Shown one piece after another: positions 40,095 to 51,042 of a stretch of DNA of 64,000 nucleotides. Every line of letters starts with the position of its first letter. Within the stretch, counting starts at the first letter, position 1. Below the pieces are notes generated by a model. The model ran no database searches, was not told the DNA's origin, and saw only the letters and a program-made list of their open reading frames with translations. Both the position numbers and the translations under genes were made by a program. The stretch is from the NCBI GenBank assembly GCA_965197905.1, contig CBDAOB010000004.1, positions 1,248,001 to 1,312,000 on the forward strand, read 5' to 3'. The DNA comes from Candidatus Latescibacterota bacterium. GTDB taxonomy: Bacteria > Latescibacterota > UBA2968 > UBA8231.

Positions 40095-40176
40095 GCAAGG
40101 ATATGCCCAGGGTGAGGATCGAGGCAACGTTTGATCGCTCCCGCGATCCCGGGCAGACCAAACGCGCGTTAAACGA

Positions 40177-40211
40177 AAAGGCGGGGCCACTGCGAAAGTG
40201 GTCCCGCCTTT
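40177..40211. terminator. Bidirectional terminator between convergent genes
   Basis: AAAGGCGGGGCCACT-gcgaa-AGTGGTCCCGCCTTT. Confidence 0.75.
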
Positions 40212-40237
40212 GTGCCTGAATGTTTCCAGCTTCCCTT

Positions 40238-40933
40238 TTAGTCGTCCCTGCCACCGAGAAGACCCGCCCGCATAAGAAAGTAGAGCAGCTGAGCGATACT
40301 GGCCGCCGCGGCCGCCACATAGGTCATTGCGGCGGCGTTCAGCACCGAACCGACAGCTGCGTACTCCTGACCGCGAATGATGTTGTATTGTGACAGCAGC
40401 GACTTGGCGCGGCTGGAAGCGTTGAATTCCACTGGCAGGGTCACCAGTTGAAAAAGCACGATGAACGCGAACAGCAAAATCCCCAGCTGGATGAGTCCGA
40501 ACATGTTCATGAAGAACCCGATCAGCAACGCCCAGACGGCGAAGTTGCTGGCGAAGGTTGCCGGTTTGGCCAGCATCTGCCACAGGTTCATGATGGCGTA
40601 ACCCGAGGCGTGCTGGATGGCGTGTCCGGCCTCGTGGGCAGCGATGCCTGCACTGGAGATCGAACGGCCGTTGTACACATCAGACGACAGCCGCAACACC
40701 TTTTCGGTGGGCGAGTAATGATCCGACAGCCACCCGCCCGTCTCCTCAACCGCGACATCGTTGATCCGGTTGGCGCGCAAGATCTGCCGTGCAATCTCGG
40801 CCCCGGTCTGACCCGAGCTCAAACTATATTGGGCAAATTTCTTGTATCTGGACTTGACCATCCATTGGGCCCCGAGGGAAAAGATGAAAACGGGGGCCAT
40901 GATGATCAGGTATTCCATGTCGAAGAACATCAT
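40238..40933 (-). CDS. Neutral zinc metallopeptidase (YugP-like, membrane)
   Basis: LSDHY.P, AAHEAGHAIQH, TLPVEFNASSRA, AAAMTYVAA. Confidence 0.92.
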   Translation of the reverse strand: MMFFDMEYLIIMAPVFIFSLGAQWMVKSRYKKFAQYSLSSGQTGAEIARQILRANRINDVAVEETGGWLSDHYSPTEKVLRLSSDVYNGRSISSAGIAAHEAGHAIQHASGYAIMNLWQMLAKPATFASNFAVWALLIGFFMNMFGLIQLGILLFAFIVLFQLVTLPVEFNASSRAKSLLSQYNIIRGQEYAAVGSVLNAAAMTYVAAAAASIAQLLYFLMRAGLLGGRDD

Positions 40934-41028
40934 CGGCAGTTACTCCTTATCGTCTGTTGCTAAATCTAACCTGCGGCTCACGGTGTTGCCAACTCGCGCC
41001 TACTGCAGATTTCGTGTCAACCGCCGCA

Positions 41029-42111
41029 TTATCCGGCGGCAAAGTCGCCCAGGCGTACCGGCTTACGACGTGCTCCCCACTGACCGGGTGGACCGTCGAA
41101 ACGCCCGGCACACGGGGTGCCGCAAGACAAGCAGCGTCCGTCCGCGCCAAGTTCCCAGTCGCTGAGCACGTACCAGTCTCGAACCACCAGCCTGGTGCCG
41201 CATTGGTGGCAGACCGTCGCCCCCCCGTCCACATCGTGAACATTGCCGGTATAGACGTAACGCAGCCCGTTGCGCAACGCCATGCCGCGGGCGCGCGTCA
41301 GCGTTTCAGGGGGCGTATGTCGATGCTGCCGCATTTTCCAGTCGGGGTGGAACGCGGTGAAATGAAGAGGGACGTCCGGGCCCAGGTGGTCCATGACCCA
41401 GCCGGAAAGCTCGTCCAGTTCGCCGTCGCTATCGTTTTCGCCCGGTATGATGAGATTGGTGATCTCGAACCAGGTGTCTGTCTCTCGCTTCAAATAGACT
41501 AGTGTGTCCAAAACCGGTTGGAGCGCGCCACCGCAAACCTGTCGGTAAAACCGCTCGGTGAACCCCTTCAGATCCACATTCGCCGCATCCATATGACGGA
41601 AGAATTCCACCCGCGGTTCCGGGCATATCTCGCCGGCCGTAACGGCGACGGTCTTGATGTTATGCGCGCGACAGGCTGCCGCCACATCGACGGCGTATTC
41701 GAGAAAAATGACCGGATCGTTGTAGGTGAAAGCGACACTCCTGCATCCGAGTTTTCGCGCCGCCGTGGCGATCGTTTCAGGATCCGCCGCGTCGGCCAGG
41801 GTATCGACCTCCCGCGATTTACTGATGTCCCAGTTCTGGCAGAATTTGCAGGTGAGGTTACACCCCGCGGTTCCGAACGAGAGAACGGCGGTGCCTGGCA
41901 GGAAATGGTTCAGCGGTTTTTTCTCAATGGGGTCGACGCAGAATCCGCTTGAGCGTCCGTAGGTCGTCAGCACGATCTGCTCCCCTTCGCGAGCGCGCAC
42001 GAAGCAAAGCCCGCGTTGCCCATCCCGCAATCTGCAGAACCGAGGACACAGATCGCACTGGAGCTTGCCGTCTCCAAGATCGTGCCAGTAACGCCCGGGT
42101 ACGATGTCCAT
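41029..42111 (-). CDS. amrS: AmmeMemoRadiSam system radical SAM enzyme
   Basis: CDLCPRFC, DPIEKKPL.HF.PG, CNLTCKFCQNW, FHPDWK, YVYTGNV. Confidence 0.95.
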   Translation of the reverse strand: MDIVPGRYWHDLGDGKLQCDLCPRFCRLRDGQRGLCFVRAREGEQIVLTTYGRSSGFCVDPIEKKPLNHFLPGTAVLSFGTAGCNLTCKFCQNWDISKSREVDTLADAADPETIATAARKLGCRSVAFTYNDPVIFLEYAVDVAAACRAHNIKTVAVTAGEICPEPRVEFFRHMDAANVDLKGFTERFYRQVCGGALQPVLDTLVYLKRETDTWFEITNLIIPGENDSDGELDELSGWVMDHLGPDVPLHFTAFHPDWKMRQHRHTPPETLTRARGMALRNGLRYVYTGNVHDVDGGATVCHQCGTRLVVRDWYVLSDWELGADGRCLSCGTPCAGRFDGPPGQWGARRKPVRLGDFAAG

Positions 42112-42238
42112 TGAAGGCCCTGCTTCGTTAAATGCCGGCCCATTCGCCTGCTGCGGCCACATTAACGAACGGAATAAGTAAAATAAGGCTTGACTTATCC
42201 ACTTATTTTCTTTATCTTTATAGTAAGTAAAGGGGGAT

Positions 42239-43012
42239 ATGATGAACCTTATAACCGTCTTTCAGAAGTTTCCCGATCAACAAGCTTGCATCGACCACTT
42301 AGAGCATATCCGCTGGCCGGCGATAGCTCTTTGTCCTTTCTGCTTTAGCGATAAGGTGGCACGAAAGGTCGAGGGGAACAAAGTCGGTCGTTGGAATTGC
42401 CATAAATGCACCAACAGCTTCAACGTGCTGTCGGGAACCATATTTCAAGGTACCCATATCCCCCTGCAGAAGTGGTTTCTCGCTATTGCCCTGATGGCCG
42501 ACGCCAAGAAAAGCCTGTCCAGTCACCAGCTAGGGCGCGATCTGAACCTGAACCAGAAGACCGCCTGGAGGATGCAACAGTGTATCCGCTCCGCCATGAC
42601 CTCGGACGAAGGAAAAATGCTCCAGGGAATTATCGAGATGGACGAGACCTACGTCGGCGGCAAACCGCGCTACAGAAACACCGGCAACAAGCGCGGCCGC
42701 GGAACTAGAAAATCCTCAGTAGTCGGAGCCGTCCAGCGTAAAGGCGAAGTCAAAGCCCAAGTGACCAACGATACCAAGGGCCGCACGCTGTTGGAATTTA
42801 TCAAGCAATCCGTTGACACGGCCAAGTCCGCCCTTGTGACCGACGATTACTCAGCCTACCGCAATGCGGGCCGGTTGATGCCCCACGTTGTGATCGACCA
42901 CCGCTACGGCTATGTTTATCCTTACGACCGGAGTATTCACACAAACACCATCGAAGGCTTCTGGAGCCTGATCAAACGCGCCTGGAAACTCCAGCCGAGC
43001 GTCACGGGTTGA
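42239..43012 (+). CDS. IS1595-family transposase, apparently C-terminally truncated
   Basis: Zn ribbon CPFC..CHKC, HTH, EMDETY, TD, HTNTIEGFWSLIKR; lacks the usual downstream YLxEFxFRxN segment; TTGACT-17-TATCTT promoter starts in the left IR. Confidence 0.9.
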   Translation: MMNLITVFQKFPDQQACIDHLEHIRWPAIALCPFCFSDKVARKVEGNKVGRWNCHKCTNSFNVLSGTIFQGTHIPLQKWFLAIALMADAKKSLSSHQLGRDLNLNQKTAWRMQQCIRSAMTSDEGKMLQGIIEMDETYVGGKPRYRNTGNKRGRGTRKSSVVGAVQRKGEVKAQVTNDTKGRTLLEFIKQSVDTAKSALVTDDYSAYRNAGRLMPHVVIDHRYGYVYPYDRSIHTNTIEGFWSLIKRAWKLQPSVTG

Positions 43013-43066
43013 ACTTATCCCAAAATCTACAGGGCTACCAGTAGGAAGTCAATCTGCTTCCAGCCT

Positions 43067-43522
43067 TCATGGTCTGTAAGGCTCGAACTCCCACCCCTTG
43101 GCAGCCAGGCGGGTTACGTATTCGTCCTGCACGAAAGTCCCGGTAAGGTCCTGGCCTCCGCTTTCGAGGCCGCTGAGGAAGGCCGCAAGGGTGAACTGGT
43201 ACAGCACCATGCGCTGATACCGGGTCTTGGAGTAAAGCTCCTTCACTGTATATTCTGTAAATAACGCGGTCGTGAACTTTCCGTGTTGTTCCTTCAAGGT
43301 CAGGCCGATGGTATGCTTTAGCATGGACGTAGCCTGGTCCATGTCCTGCATATAGTTTTCCGGGTCTTTTTTGATTGCCAGCAAACTTGCCAAGACAATA
43401 CTCGGGAAACTCACGTTGCGGAGAATCTCCGAATCAAGCTCTTGCCGCGCCGCCTGGCGTTCGGAGAAAGCGACAGATGGAATGAGCAACAACAGGATAA
43501 TAGGAACGAACCGCATGGGCAT
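43067..43522 (-). CDS. Hypothetical secreted protein (IS passenger)
   Basis: GGGAGG RBS; signal peptide MRFVPIILLLLIPSVAFS; lies between the transposase and the right IR. Confidence 0.75.
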   Translation of the reverse strand: MPMRFVPIILLLLIPSVAFSERQAARQELDSEILRNVSFPSIVLASLLAIKKDPENYMQDMDQATSMLKHTIGLTLKEQHGKFTTALFTEYTVKELYSKTRYQRMVLYQFTLAAFLSGLESGGQDLTGTFVQDEYVTRLAAKGWEFEPYRP

Positions 43523-43765
43523 TTCCTCCCCAGCTGGGTAATCCCGCCACCGAAATTGGTGGTCGGGCGGTTGTCCCCAGCTACGCGGTATAGCGCACGG
43601 TCCCGCTTATTTACCTGGAAGGCTGTTGTATTGAGCGAGCCACCCGGCCAGAAAGGCCGCAGTAGCTGAGGACGCAGGGAAGATACCCAATATCAGAAGC
43701 AAATCAAGCCTTATTTTACTTGTTCCGTTAACGAATATAGGGATACGGCCTGGCAAACAAGGAGG

Positions 43766-44560
43766 ATGGTCTTGGCGAGGACGAGAAGAGCGGCGGTAGC
43801 CGGCATGTTTTACCCCGCGGACCCCGAGGAGCTCCGCAGCGCCGTGCAGGAATATGTCGGCGGGGCCGAGGAGACGGCGCCCACCTTGAAGGCAGTCATC
43901 GCCCCACACGCCGGGTACATCTATTCGGGACCCATTGCCGGCGCCGCCTTCGCTCAGATCCCGCCGTACCGAGAAGCAAGACGCCGCGTGCCGATCCTGT
44001 GTCTGGGCCACCGCCTGGCGTTTGCCGGACTTGCCGCCCCCGCCGCGGACCGCTTCGAGACCCCGTTGGGCGAGGTGGCAGTGGACTCGGCTCTGCTCGA
44101 CCGCATCGCCGATCTTCCCCAGGTCCAGATCATCGACGAAGCACACACCCTCGAGCATGGGATAGAAGTGCAGCTGCCTTTTCTACAATACCTGCTTCCC
44201 TCCTTCTCGATCGCTCCGCTCCTGGTGGGATCGGCGGAACCTGAGGAGGTGTGCGAGGTCCTCGATGCCCTCTGGGGTGGAGACGAAACCTTGATCGTGA
44301 TCAGCTCGGACCTGAGCCATTACCACGACTACCCTACCGCCCAACGTTTCGATAGGGAAACCACCAGCTCCATCGAAGAATTGCGGGACGCAGATATACG
44401 CCCGGAGCAGGCCTGCGGCCACCTTGCAATCCGGGGTATGCTCCAGTCAGCGCGCAAACACGGACTGACAGCACGCAACCTCGATCTGCGAAACTCCGGC
44501 GATACCGCCGGCCCCAAAGATCGCGTGGTGGGATACGGCGCCTACGCGTTCACCAGCTAG
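43766..44560 (+). CDS. amrB: AmmeMemoRadiSam system protein B (MEMO1 family)
   Basis: AVAGMFYP, PHAGYIYSG, EH.IEVQLPFL, SSDLSHY, ACG, NSGD, VVGY. Confidence 0.95.
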   Translation: MVLARTRRAAVAGMFYPADPEELRSAVQEYVGGAEETAPTLKAVIAPHAGYIYSGPIAGAAFAQIPPYREARRRVPILCLGHRLAFAGLAAPAADRFETPLGEVAVDSALLDRIADLPQVQIIDEAHTLEHGIEVQLPFLQYLLPSFSIAPLLVGSAEPEEVCEVLDALWGGDETLIVISSDLSHYHDYPTAQRFDRETTSSIEELRDADIRPEQACGHLAIRGMLQSARKHGLTARNLDLRNSGDTAGPKDRVVGYGAYAFTS

Positions 44561-44567
44561 TACGCGA

Positions 44568-47500
44568 ATGACCAAACGGAAACTGCTTACCGTTTGTGTC
44601 GCCGGCTTGGTGCTCGGAGTGCTTCTCGTCATTTCCCCAGCGGCACCTTTCCTCGGGGGGAAACTGCTTGCGCCTCTCGCAGCGCAACAGGGCTGGCAGC
44701 TGCGGATCGACACGGTCGGCGGTTCCCTGTTGCACCAGATCGAGCTTCTCGGTGTCGAGCTGGCCGACTCGACTGGATCGACTCGCATACGAATACGAAA
44801 GCTGAAGTACCACCCGTGGTCCGATTCGATAATCGTCGTCGAGCCGCACATCGAGTTGCGCCCGGCGCCCGACGCGCCGGCGGCGGATACCCTGTTCGTG
44901 CTGCCAACCCTTCCCGCCGTGGCCATCCGTAGAGGATCTCTCACCTACCGCGGCGAGGACAGCCTCTCCATCGCCGTCGATTCGATGAAGGCAGCTTACG
45001 CCACCAGGAGCGATTCCACGGGGTTCATAACCCTTTTCCACGGCCGCTATCGCATCGACGCGCCCCGGAAGGTGGCGACTGGCTCGGCATCGGGACAGCT
45101 CCATCTCCGTCCCGGATGGATCGAAGGGTCAGGGCTCCAGATCGCGTTTCGCACCGGCGAAATCGATGGATCCCTGGAACTTGAAGGAACTATCGCGTTG
45201 TTCGGTGAGAGGGAGGCCGATCTTCATGCCGACCTGCGTCTTGCAACGGCCGGAATCAACTGGGAGACCGCATCGGACGTCGGCGGGCGGCTGCGTCCCA
45301 TGGACTTGAAGATGATCTCACGCACCGCCGCAGACCTGGGGAAGTGGGGATCCTCCAGATTTTCCTGGAACCTGGCTGCAAATGATGGGAATGTCTGGGT
45401 CGACTCCCTGAAGGGACACGTTCGGGAAGCGACGATCTCCGGCGGCGCCCACTACGACGTTGGGACCAGGACCCTCGAAACCGAGCTTCACCTGCGCGGC
45501 TTGAAGCTAAGCGAACTTCCAGGCAGCTCGCTCGCGGGCGAGCTGGCCGCCACCGCCACCGCCCACCTTCAACTGAGGGACGAGAACTATCGGGTGGAAT
45601 CCATGGTGTCGGCGCGAGACCTGGACCTGGGCCCGTTGGGAAAAACCGATGCCGTCATCGAGGGACGTTACGACCATGGGCAGGGGATCGATCTGAAGCT
45701 GCGATCCGATCTGGCGCAGCTCACGGCAACTGGCCCCTTTCACTCCCTCGAACACTTTCAGCTGGATCTTGCCGGTCTGCTGCCGCTCGAACCTCTGCTG
45801 GGTCGAGGGTCCCAGCCTTTCACCCTTCGGGGTGTGGCCCACCCCGACTCGATCCAGGTCGACTTGACCAGCGGCGATCTGCGGGTTGCAGGGCAGAGAT
45901 TCGGACCGCTTCAATTGCATCTTGCGATGAAGCAGGACCGTCAGCTGTTCGGCAGGCTCCGGCTCGAAGACGGCCAAGCCAACCTGCAGTTCCACGCCGA
46001 CCTGAACCGAACGCGGCTCGAATCGATGACGGGCCGTTTGCATCCCATGCCGCTGCATCGAATGGTGCCGGGCTTGGCCGGAACGGTACGGGGAACCGTG
46101 GGCAGCCGAGTCGATACGCTGCCGACAGCCAGGGGGATTGCAGCGCGATTTCACCTTCAGGATCTGGTGTATGAAAACTGGCACGTCGGCGCCGTCGACC
46201 TGGAGGCGGAATTCCTCGAAGACCAGCTGCAGATCCGGGCAACGGGAGAGCACCTGAAATCGAGGATGCAGCTGGATATGGAGGGCGGATTTCGGGGCCG
46301 CATGGATGCGGATGGGGTGCTGATAAGGAGGTTCAGTCGAGGCAAGAAGCCAACCCTCCGGGGCGACCTTGCGATGCGAGGAACGCTCGAGATTGCCGGT
46401 CGGCTGGGACAGGCTGAAGACTTCGCCGTCGATCTGTCGGTGAACCAACTCGAATTCAGCCTCGACTCGTTTCACGCCGCCAGCCTGGAACCGTTCGCTG
46501 CCAACGTTGCCGCCGGAGCCGGCGAGATCGAAGAGATGCGGGTCCGCACCTCATTGGGTGAGGCATGGATGGGGGGATACGTCCACCGCGACAGTTTGCG
46601 CCTGACCGCTCGAATCACCGCCCTCGACCTCGGTGGGCTCATCATAGGAGCAAGCTCGACCGGAAGCGCGGCGTTGACGTTGAACGGTTCGATGGAACAA
46701 CCCCAGCTCATGGGCACCTTGGCCGTAACGGATCTGCATTTGGCCAACCGCACCTTTGGTGACATCGAGGCGGAGCTGAGCTGGGGAGACCGCCTGCGAG
46801 CAGATGCCGAGCTGCATCAATACGGCTCGCGTGCCGCCCATCTGGCGGTGGATAGTGATCTGGGGTTGGCGACCTACGCCAGGCAGCTCTCGGATCGACC
46901 CACGAAGGCCCCTACCGCGCACATGCTCCGGCTTCAGCTGGGGGTGGACGACCTGGATCTGGAGGCACCGCTGAGCCAGCTCTTGGATCAGCCGACACGG
47001 GGAGTTACCGACTTCGGGCTCGATCTTTCGATGCCGTTTTCGCGGCACAGCTCAGGCACCCTTTGGCAGAGAGTAAACGGTGAGCTGGCCATCGAACGTC
47101 TCGGTGTGGGAACACAGAAAGCCCGTGTGGAACTGGTGCGGCCGGTAACTTTGGCCGCCAGATCGGGGGCGTGGAAGGTGGACGATCTCGCCTTCCAGTT
47201 TGCCGTTTCCCGCGGTGACAGTAACAGTTATGCCGATGCCGGCCGGGCGCGCTTATCAGGCGAAATAGGTGCTGACGGCGTGTTGGATCTGACAGCTGAC
47301 GTGGAAGGTTTGGATCTGGACGTGTTGGAGGGATCCGGCGCTCCCAGTCTTCCCGAAGGCGCCGCCACAGCTCGCATCCAGGTTGCCGACAGCCTCGCGG
47401 CGCTTCTCGTCGAGGGCACAGTGGACGTCGCGTTGGAGGATCTGGGCGAGGTTACTGGCTCCGTGCTGAGCCGTCGGGGCCACTCCGAAGCCCAGTTGAT

Positions 47501-48917
47501 CTGGAGCACCCCCGTAGGTGACGAGCTGGCCGCAGACGTGCAGATCCCGTGGCCGCCCGACCCCGAGATACCACGCCCGCATGAGGGCAGGTTGCGTTTG
47601 AATTCGGACGGAGTCGACCTCTTCGTATTCCTCGACCAGGCCCCCCAGCTGGAGAATCTGGAGGGCACCCTTGTCATCGATCTCCTCGTGGACGACCTGT
47701 TGAGGAAACCCCGCTTCGCCGGCGCGATCGATCTGTCAGATCTGGAATTCGCGCTAATGGATGTGAGTCCGGCTTACCGGATACCGGCTGGCCATCTTCA
47801 ATTTTCGGACCGCCGCTGGGAGCTGAGCGGGTTTTCGGGAGGACCGACCAAGGGACCGGGCCGGCTCGCACTCGCCGGCAGTATGGGCTTGGGGAAGAAG
47901 GACGAGCTGGATCTCGAGCTGCGCCTCACCACCGCCGATCTCCCCTACAATTACGACGATGTGTTCGAGGTGCCCGCCGTCGATATGGACCTGCGGTTCG
48001 ACAAGACCGGACCCACCTCGCGGCTCTCGGGATATCTGCGACTCGATGAAATCCTGGTGGAGCCGACCCTGATCGATCTCTCGGCGCCGCCAGTGCCTCC
48101 GCCGACGGCGGTGCCGGATGAATCCCTGGTCGAACTGGAGCTGGATATCAGCGTGGACGTTCGCTCGATGCATGTGGAGAACGAGCTCTCCGACCTGGAT
48201 ATGGTGGGCGGCGCCCGGGTGTACGGAAGTTTCTACAAACCGCGGTTTCAGGGCCAGATGGAGGTGGAGCGCGGAAAGGTCTTCCTGCTCAACCGGCAGT
48301 TCGATATTCAGAAAGGGCGCATCACCCTGGATCACCTGGTGCCCACCCATTCCCTGCTCGAGCTGGCCTACGACCCGATGCTGTTGAATCCCGATCTGCA
48401 GGTAGAGGCCAGCACCTCGGTGCAACCGATAGACGCCGAAGAAGCGGAAGAAACCTACGAAGTGCGGCTGACCTTGAGCGGGCCGGCGCGGGTCGTGGCG
48501 CCCCGGTTCGAATGCGGTGGTCTCACCGATGGGCAGATCCTTACCCTCTTGGCGTTCGGCTACCGCTCGGTGAACCAGCTGACCGAAGACGACTACCAGG
48601 GCGCCAAGAGCGCGCTCTACACGGCGGCGGGACAGCTCCTGTTGAGTCGCCAGGTGAAGAAGATCGGCTTCGACGAGTTTCAGATCCTGCCGTCTGGAAC
48701 CGCGCTCGGCACGGTGGGTAAGACTTCGGTACGCCTGGGAAAGTACCTGGGGAAACCGGTACCGCTCTGGTTGCGCTACGAGGCTTCCACCGAAGAACCC
48801 TCATTGGGCGAGATTCGCCTCGAACACAAGCTGGGCTCCTTCCTGACCTTGACCGGGACCGCCCAGAGCGAGTACGAACGGTACGGTCTGGGTATCGGCA
48901 TCAAGAAAGCGTTTTGA
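44568..48917 (+). CDS. Translocation/assembly module TamB-like protein
   Basis: N-terminal TM anchor; long beta-rich repeats; C-terminal DUF490-like region ending GLGIGIKKAF. Confidence 0.8.
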   Translation: MTKRKLLTVCVAGLVLGVLLVISPAAPFLGGKLLAPLAAQQGWQLRIDTVGGSLLHQIELLGVELADSTGSTRIRIRKLKYHPWSDSIIVVEPHIELRPAPDAPAADTLFVLPTLPAVAIRRGSLTYRGEDSLSIAVDSMKAAYATRSDSTGFITLFHGRYRIDAPRKVATGSASGQLHLRPGWIEGSGLQIAFRTGEIDGSLELEGTIALFGEREADLHADLRLATAGINWETASDVGGRLRPMDLKMISRTAADLGKWGSSRFSWNLAANDGNVWVDSLKGHVREATISGGAHYDVGTRTLETELHLRGLKLSELPGSSLAGELAATATAHLQLRDENYRVESMVSARDLDLGPLGKTDAVIEGRYDHGQGIDLKLRSDLAQLTATGPFHSLEHFQLDLAGLLPLEPLLGRGSQPFTLRGVAHPDSIQVDLTSGDLRVAGQRFGPLQLHLAMKQDRQLFGRLRLEDGQANLQFHADLNRTRLESMTGRLHPMPLHRMVPGLAGTVRGTVGSRVDTLPTARGIAARFHLQDLVYENWHVGAVDLEAEFLEDQLQIRATGEHLKSRMQLDMEGGFRGRMDADGVLIRRFSRGKKPTLRGDLAMRGTLEIAGRLGQAEDFAVDLSVNQLEFSLDSFHAASLEPFAANVAAGAGEIEEMRVRTSLGEAWMGGYVHRDSLRLTARITALDLGGLIIGASSTGSAALTLNGSMEQPQLMGTLAVTDLHLANRTFGDIEAELSWGDRLRADAELHQYGSRAAHLAVDSDLGLATYARQLSDRPTKAPTAHMLRLQLGVDDLDLEAPLSQLLDQPTRGVTDFGLDLSMPFSRHSSGTLWQRVNGELAIERLGVGTQKARVELVRPVTLAARSGAWKVDDLAFQFAVSRGDSNSYADAGRARLSGEIGADGVLDLTADVEGLDLDVLEGSGAPSLPEGAATARIQVADSLAALLVEGTVDVALEDLGEVTGSVLSRRGHSEAQLIWSTPVGDELAADVQIPWPPDPEIPRPHEGRLRLNSDGVDLFVFLDQAPQLENLEGTLVIDLLVDDLLRKPRFAGAIDLSDLEFALMDVSPAYRIPAGHLQFSDRRWELSGFSGGPTKGPGRLALAGSMGLGKKDELDLELRLTTADLPYNYDDVFEVPAVDMDLRFDKTGPTSRLSGYLRLDEILVEPTLIDLSAPPVPPPTAVPDESLVELELDISVDVRSMHVENELSDLDMVGGARVYGSFYKPRFQGQMEVERGKVFLLNRQFDIQKGRITLDHLVPTHSLLELAYDPMLLNPDLQVEASTSVQPIDAEEAEETYEVRLTLSGPARVVAPRFECGGLTDGQILTLLAFGYRSVNQLTEDDYQGAKSALYTAAGQLLLSRQVKKIGFDEFQILPSGTALGTVGKTSVRLGKYLGKPVPLWLRYEASTEEPSLGEIRLEHKLGSFLTLTGTAQSEYERYGLGIGIKKAF

Positions 48918-51004
48918 TGCGCCGTCTGGTCGCGGCGCACCGCCGGCGTGCGATTCTCCTGGTTGCGGTCCTTTCCACGGCGATACTGTTGTGTCTCCCG
49001 GACCAGGGAACGACCCAACTGCAGTCGGTAACCTTGCGCGAGGCGGACGGGGAACAGGTAGGCGCGATTCGGTTCTATCACCTCAAACACAAACCGATTG
49101 TGAACGCCGAACTGCGCGCGGCGATGCGCACCCAGATTGGGGAACCGCTGCAGCGACGGTTTTTCCGCAACGATGTGGAGACCCTGGAAAACCTCTACCG
49201 CAGCAAGGGTTTTATGGACGTCTCCATCCGCGATCGGCGATTGACCATCGACGATAAGGGCAGGGTGCACATCGCCATCGACATACACAGCGGGAGAAAG
49301 TGGAAGGTGGCGGCAGTGGAATTGGTCGTCCGCGACTCGGTCTCGGTGCCGAAGCTGCCAAAGAAGAGGAAGCTGCAACCGGGCAAGACCTTTAGATATG
49401 GGCGGATGCTGCAGGATGAGCGCAAGCTGCAGAGCGCCCTAAATCGACAAGGGTATGCCCATGCTCAGGTAAAAGCCCAGTTGCAGTTGGATTCCAGGAA
49501 ACGCCAGGCCACGGTGCGCTATCACGTCGATCCCGGACGGCGTTACTATTTCGGCTCGGTAGCGGTCAAAGGGATGAAAGGCAACCAGGAGCGTCCGCTC
49601 AAAACGCTCCCCAGCCTCGTAAACCGCTCGCTCACTTTTCGCGAAGGCGACCTTTACAATCCCGCCGAATTAAGCTTGAGTCGCAGCAATCTCGCACGGA
49701 CCGACCTCTTCCGCTCCGTGATTGTGAATACCAAAACAGGTGCCGAAAAGGACAGCCTGCAACATGTGGAGATCGTGCTGGAGGAGCTGAAGTACCTGCA
49801 TCTGGGCGGCCAGTTTACGATGGAGAACAAAGATGCACGGGTCGCGGCCAATATTCAGCACCGCAACTGGCTGGGACGCGGCGGCCGCATCGGACTCGAT
49901 GGCAGCCTCGGTCAACCGAAGCAGGGGGCGACCGCGTACATCTCGGAGCGTCACGTTCTCGGCAGTAGCGCCGATCTTACCCTATCCTCCGGGATTGCGG
50001 AAGAATGGGGACGAACGCAGGTGGGCGTTTCGGAAGACGAAGAGCAGCGAACGATGCTGGAAGCAGCCGATCCGTTGCTGCGGCGTCTTTTGGCGGACGG
50101 TGAATCGGTTGCAGCCGGGCTTTATCTACGCGAGTCGTTCTACCAGTTTCGGTCGATCGAGCGAATCTGGAATGCGAGCGCCATTTTACAGAGGAGCTGG
50201 GCCCGCGCCGAGGGGTTGACCCATTTGTTGCGCCTGTCGTTGCGCTGGACGTTGTCGCGCACCCAGCCCACCGGCAACAGTATCGATTTCAAAACCGCCA
50301 GGCGCGGTGCGGGGGCCGCCGGCGACGCTTTGGGAAACCCGAGTCTGGCGGACCAGTTGGCCACGGATGGAATCCCGGTAGACCGAGCCTGGAAGAATGA
50401 GCTTACCGATGAGTCCCGCACTATCGACCTGAATCTCATCTTGGAACGCGACTCTCGCGACAATCAGATCGCTCCCAGTGAGGGAACCTACCTCAAGGTG
50501 GGCGGGTTGGCGGCGCTCCAGGTGGGCGGGTTGGCGGCGCTCCAGGTTGGCGGTCAGGCCACTCAGGTCCTGGATGGTGTCCTCGAATTCAGGTACTACC
50601 AACCGGTCGGATCTCACCTGGTCTTCGCGCAGGGGTTCACGGTGGTGCAAGCGGCCTCGCTGCGGGCGGACCGTACCCTGCCCCGAACCTATTGGAAGGA
50701 ATCTGGCGGCGAAGGAAGTGTTCGTGGCGTGCCGCGGCAGAGCATTCAGGCGGTGGGCGGAGGTCGCACCGGATTCAATCTGCGCAGCGAGCTTCGATTC
50801 GAGTGGCGCAACCTCGGCGTCGTGAGTTTCTGGGACCGTGCGGATGTGTGGCGTCACACCAGCCAGGCTCAGTGGACGGGCATGACCGACGGATACGGCC
50901 TTGGCCTGCGCTACGCCATCGGATTCCCACTGCGCTTCGACCTCGGCACCGATGATGGCTTCAAGAGCAAAAGGTATTACTTTTCTATCGGGCAGGCGTT
51001 TTGA
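48917..51004 (+). CDS. TamA/BamA (Omp85) family outer membrane protein
   Basis: POTRA-like segments (YRSKGF, GY.HA, FREGDLY); GG.GSVRG; C-terminal YYFSIGQAF. Confidence 0.88.
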   Translation: MRRLVAAHRRRAILLVAVLSTAILLCLPDQGTTQLQSVTLREADGEQVGAIRFYHLKHKPIVNAELRAAMRTQIGEPLQRRFFRNDVETLENLYRSKGFMDVSIRDRRLTIDDKGRVHIAIDIHSGRKWKVAAVELVVRDSVSVPKLPKKRKLQPGKTFRYGRMLQDERKLQSALNRQGYAHAQVKAQLQLDSRKRQATVRYHVDPGRRYYFGSVAVKGMKGNQERPLKTLPSLVNRSLTFREGDLYNPAELSLSRSNLARTDLFRSVIVNTKTGAEKDSLQHVEIVLEELKYLHLGGQFTMENKDARVAANIQHRNWLGRGGRIGLDGSLGQPKQGATAYISERHVLGSSADLTLSSGIAEEWGRTQVGVSEDEEQRTMLEAADPLLRRLLADGESVAAGLYLRESFYQFRSIERIWNASAILQRSWARAEGLTHLLRLSLRWTLSRTQPTGNSIDFKTARRGAGAAGDALGNPSLADQLATDGIPVDRAWKNELTDESRTIDLNLILERDSRDNQIAPSEGTYLKVGGLAALQVGGLAALQVGGQATQVLDGVLEFRYYQPVGSHLVFAQGFTVVQAASLRADRTLPRTYWKESGGEGSVRGVPRQSIQAVGGGRTGFNLRSELRFEWRNLGVVSFWDRADVWRHTSQAQWTGMTDGYGLGLRYAIGFPLRFDLGTDDGFKSKRYYFSIGQAF
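50496..50547 (+). repeat. Perfect 24-bp tandem duplication within the Omp85 barrel
   Basis: (AGGTGGGCGGGTTGGCGGCGCTCC)x2 + AGGT, encoding VGGLAALQ x2. Confidence 0.9.
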
Positions 51005-51042
51005 GCCGGTCCGGCACGGCATTGAGTAGCGGAGGAACAACC

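Larger units (their letters stand above)
42170..43727 (+). mobile_element. IS1595-family insertion sequence with passenger gene (1558 bp)
   Basis: 24-bp terminal IRs CGGAA(T/C)AAGTAAAATAAGGCTTGA with 1 mismatch; 8-bp direct repeat TTAACGAA at 42162-42169 and 43728-43735. Confidence 0.93.
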
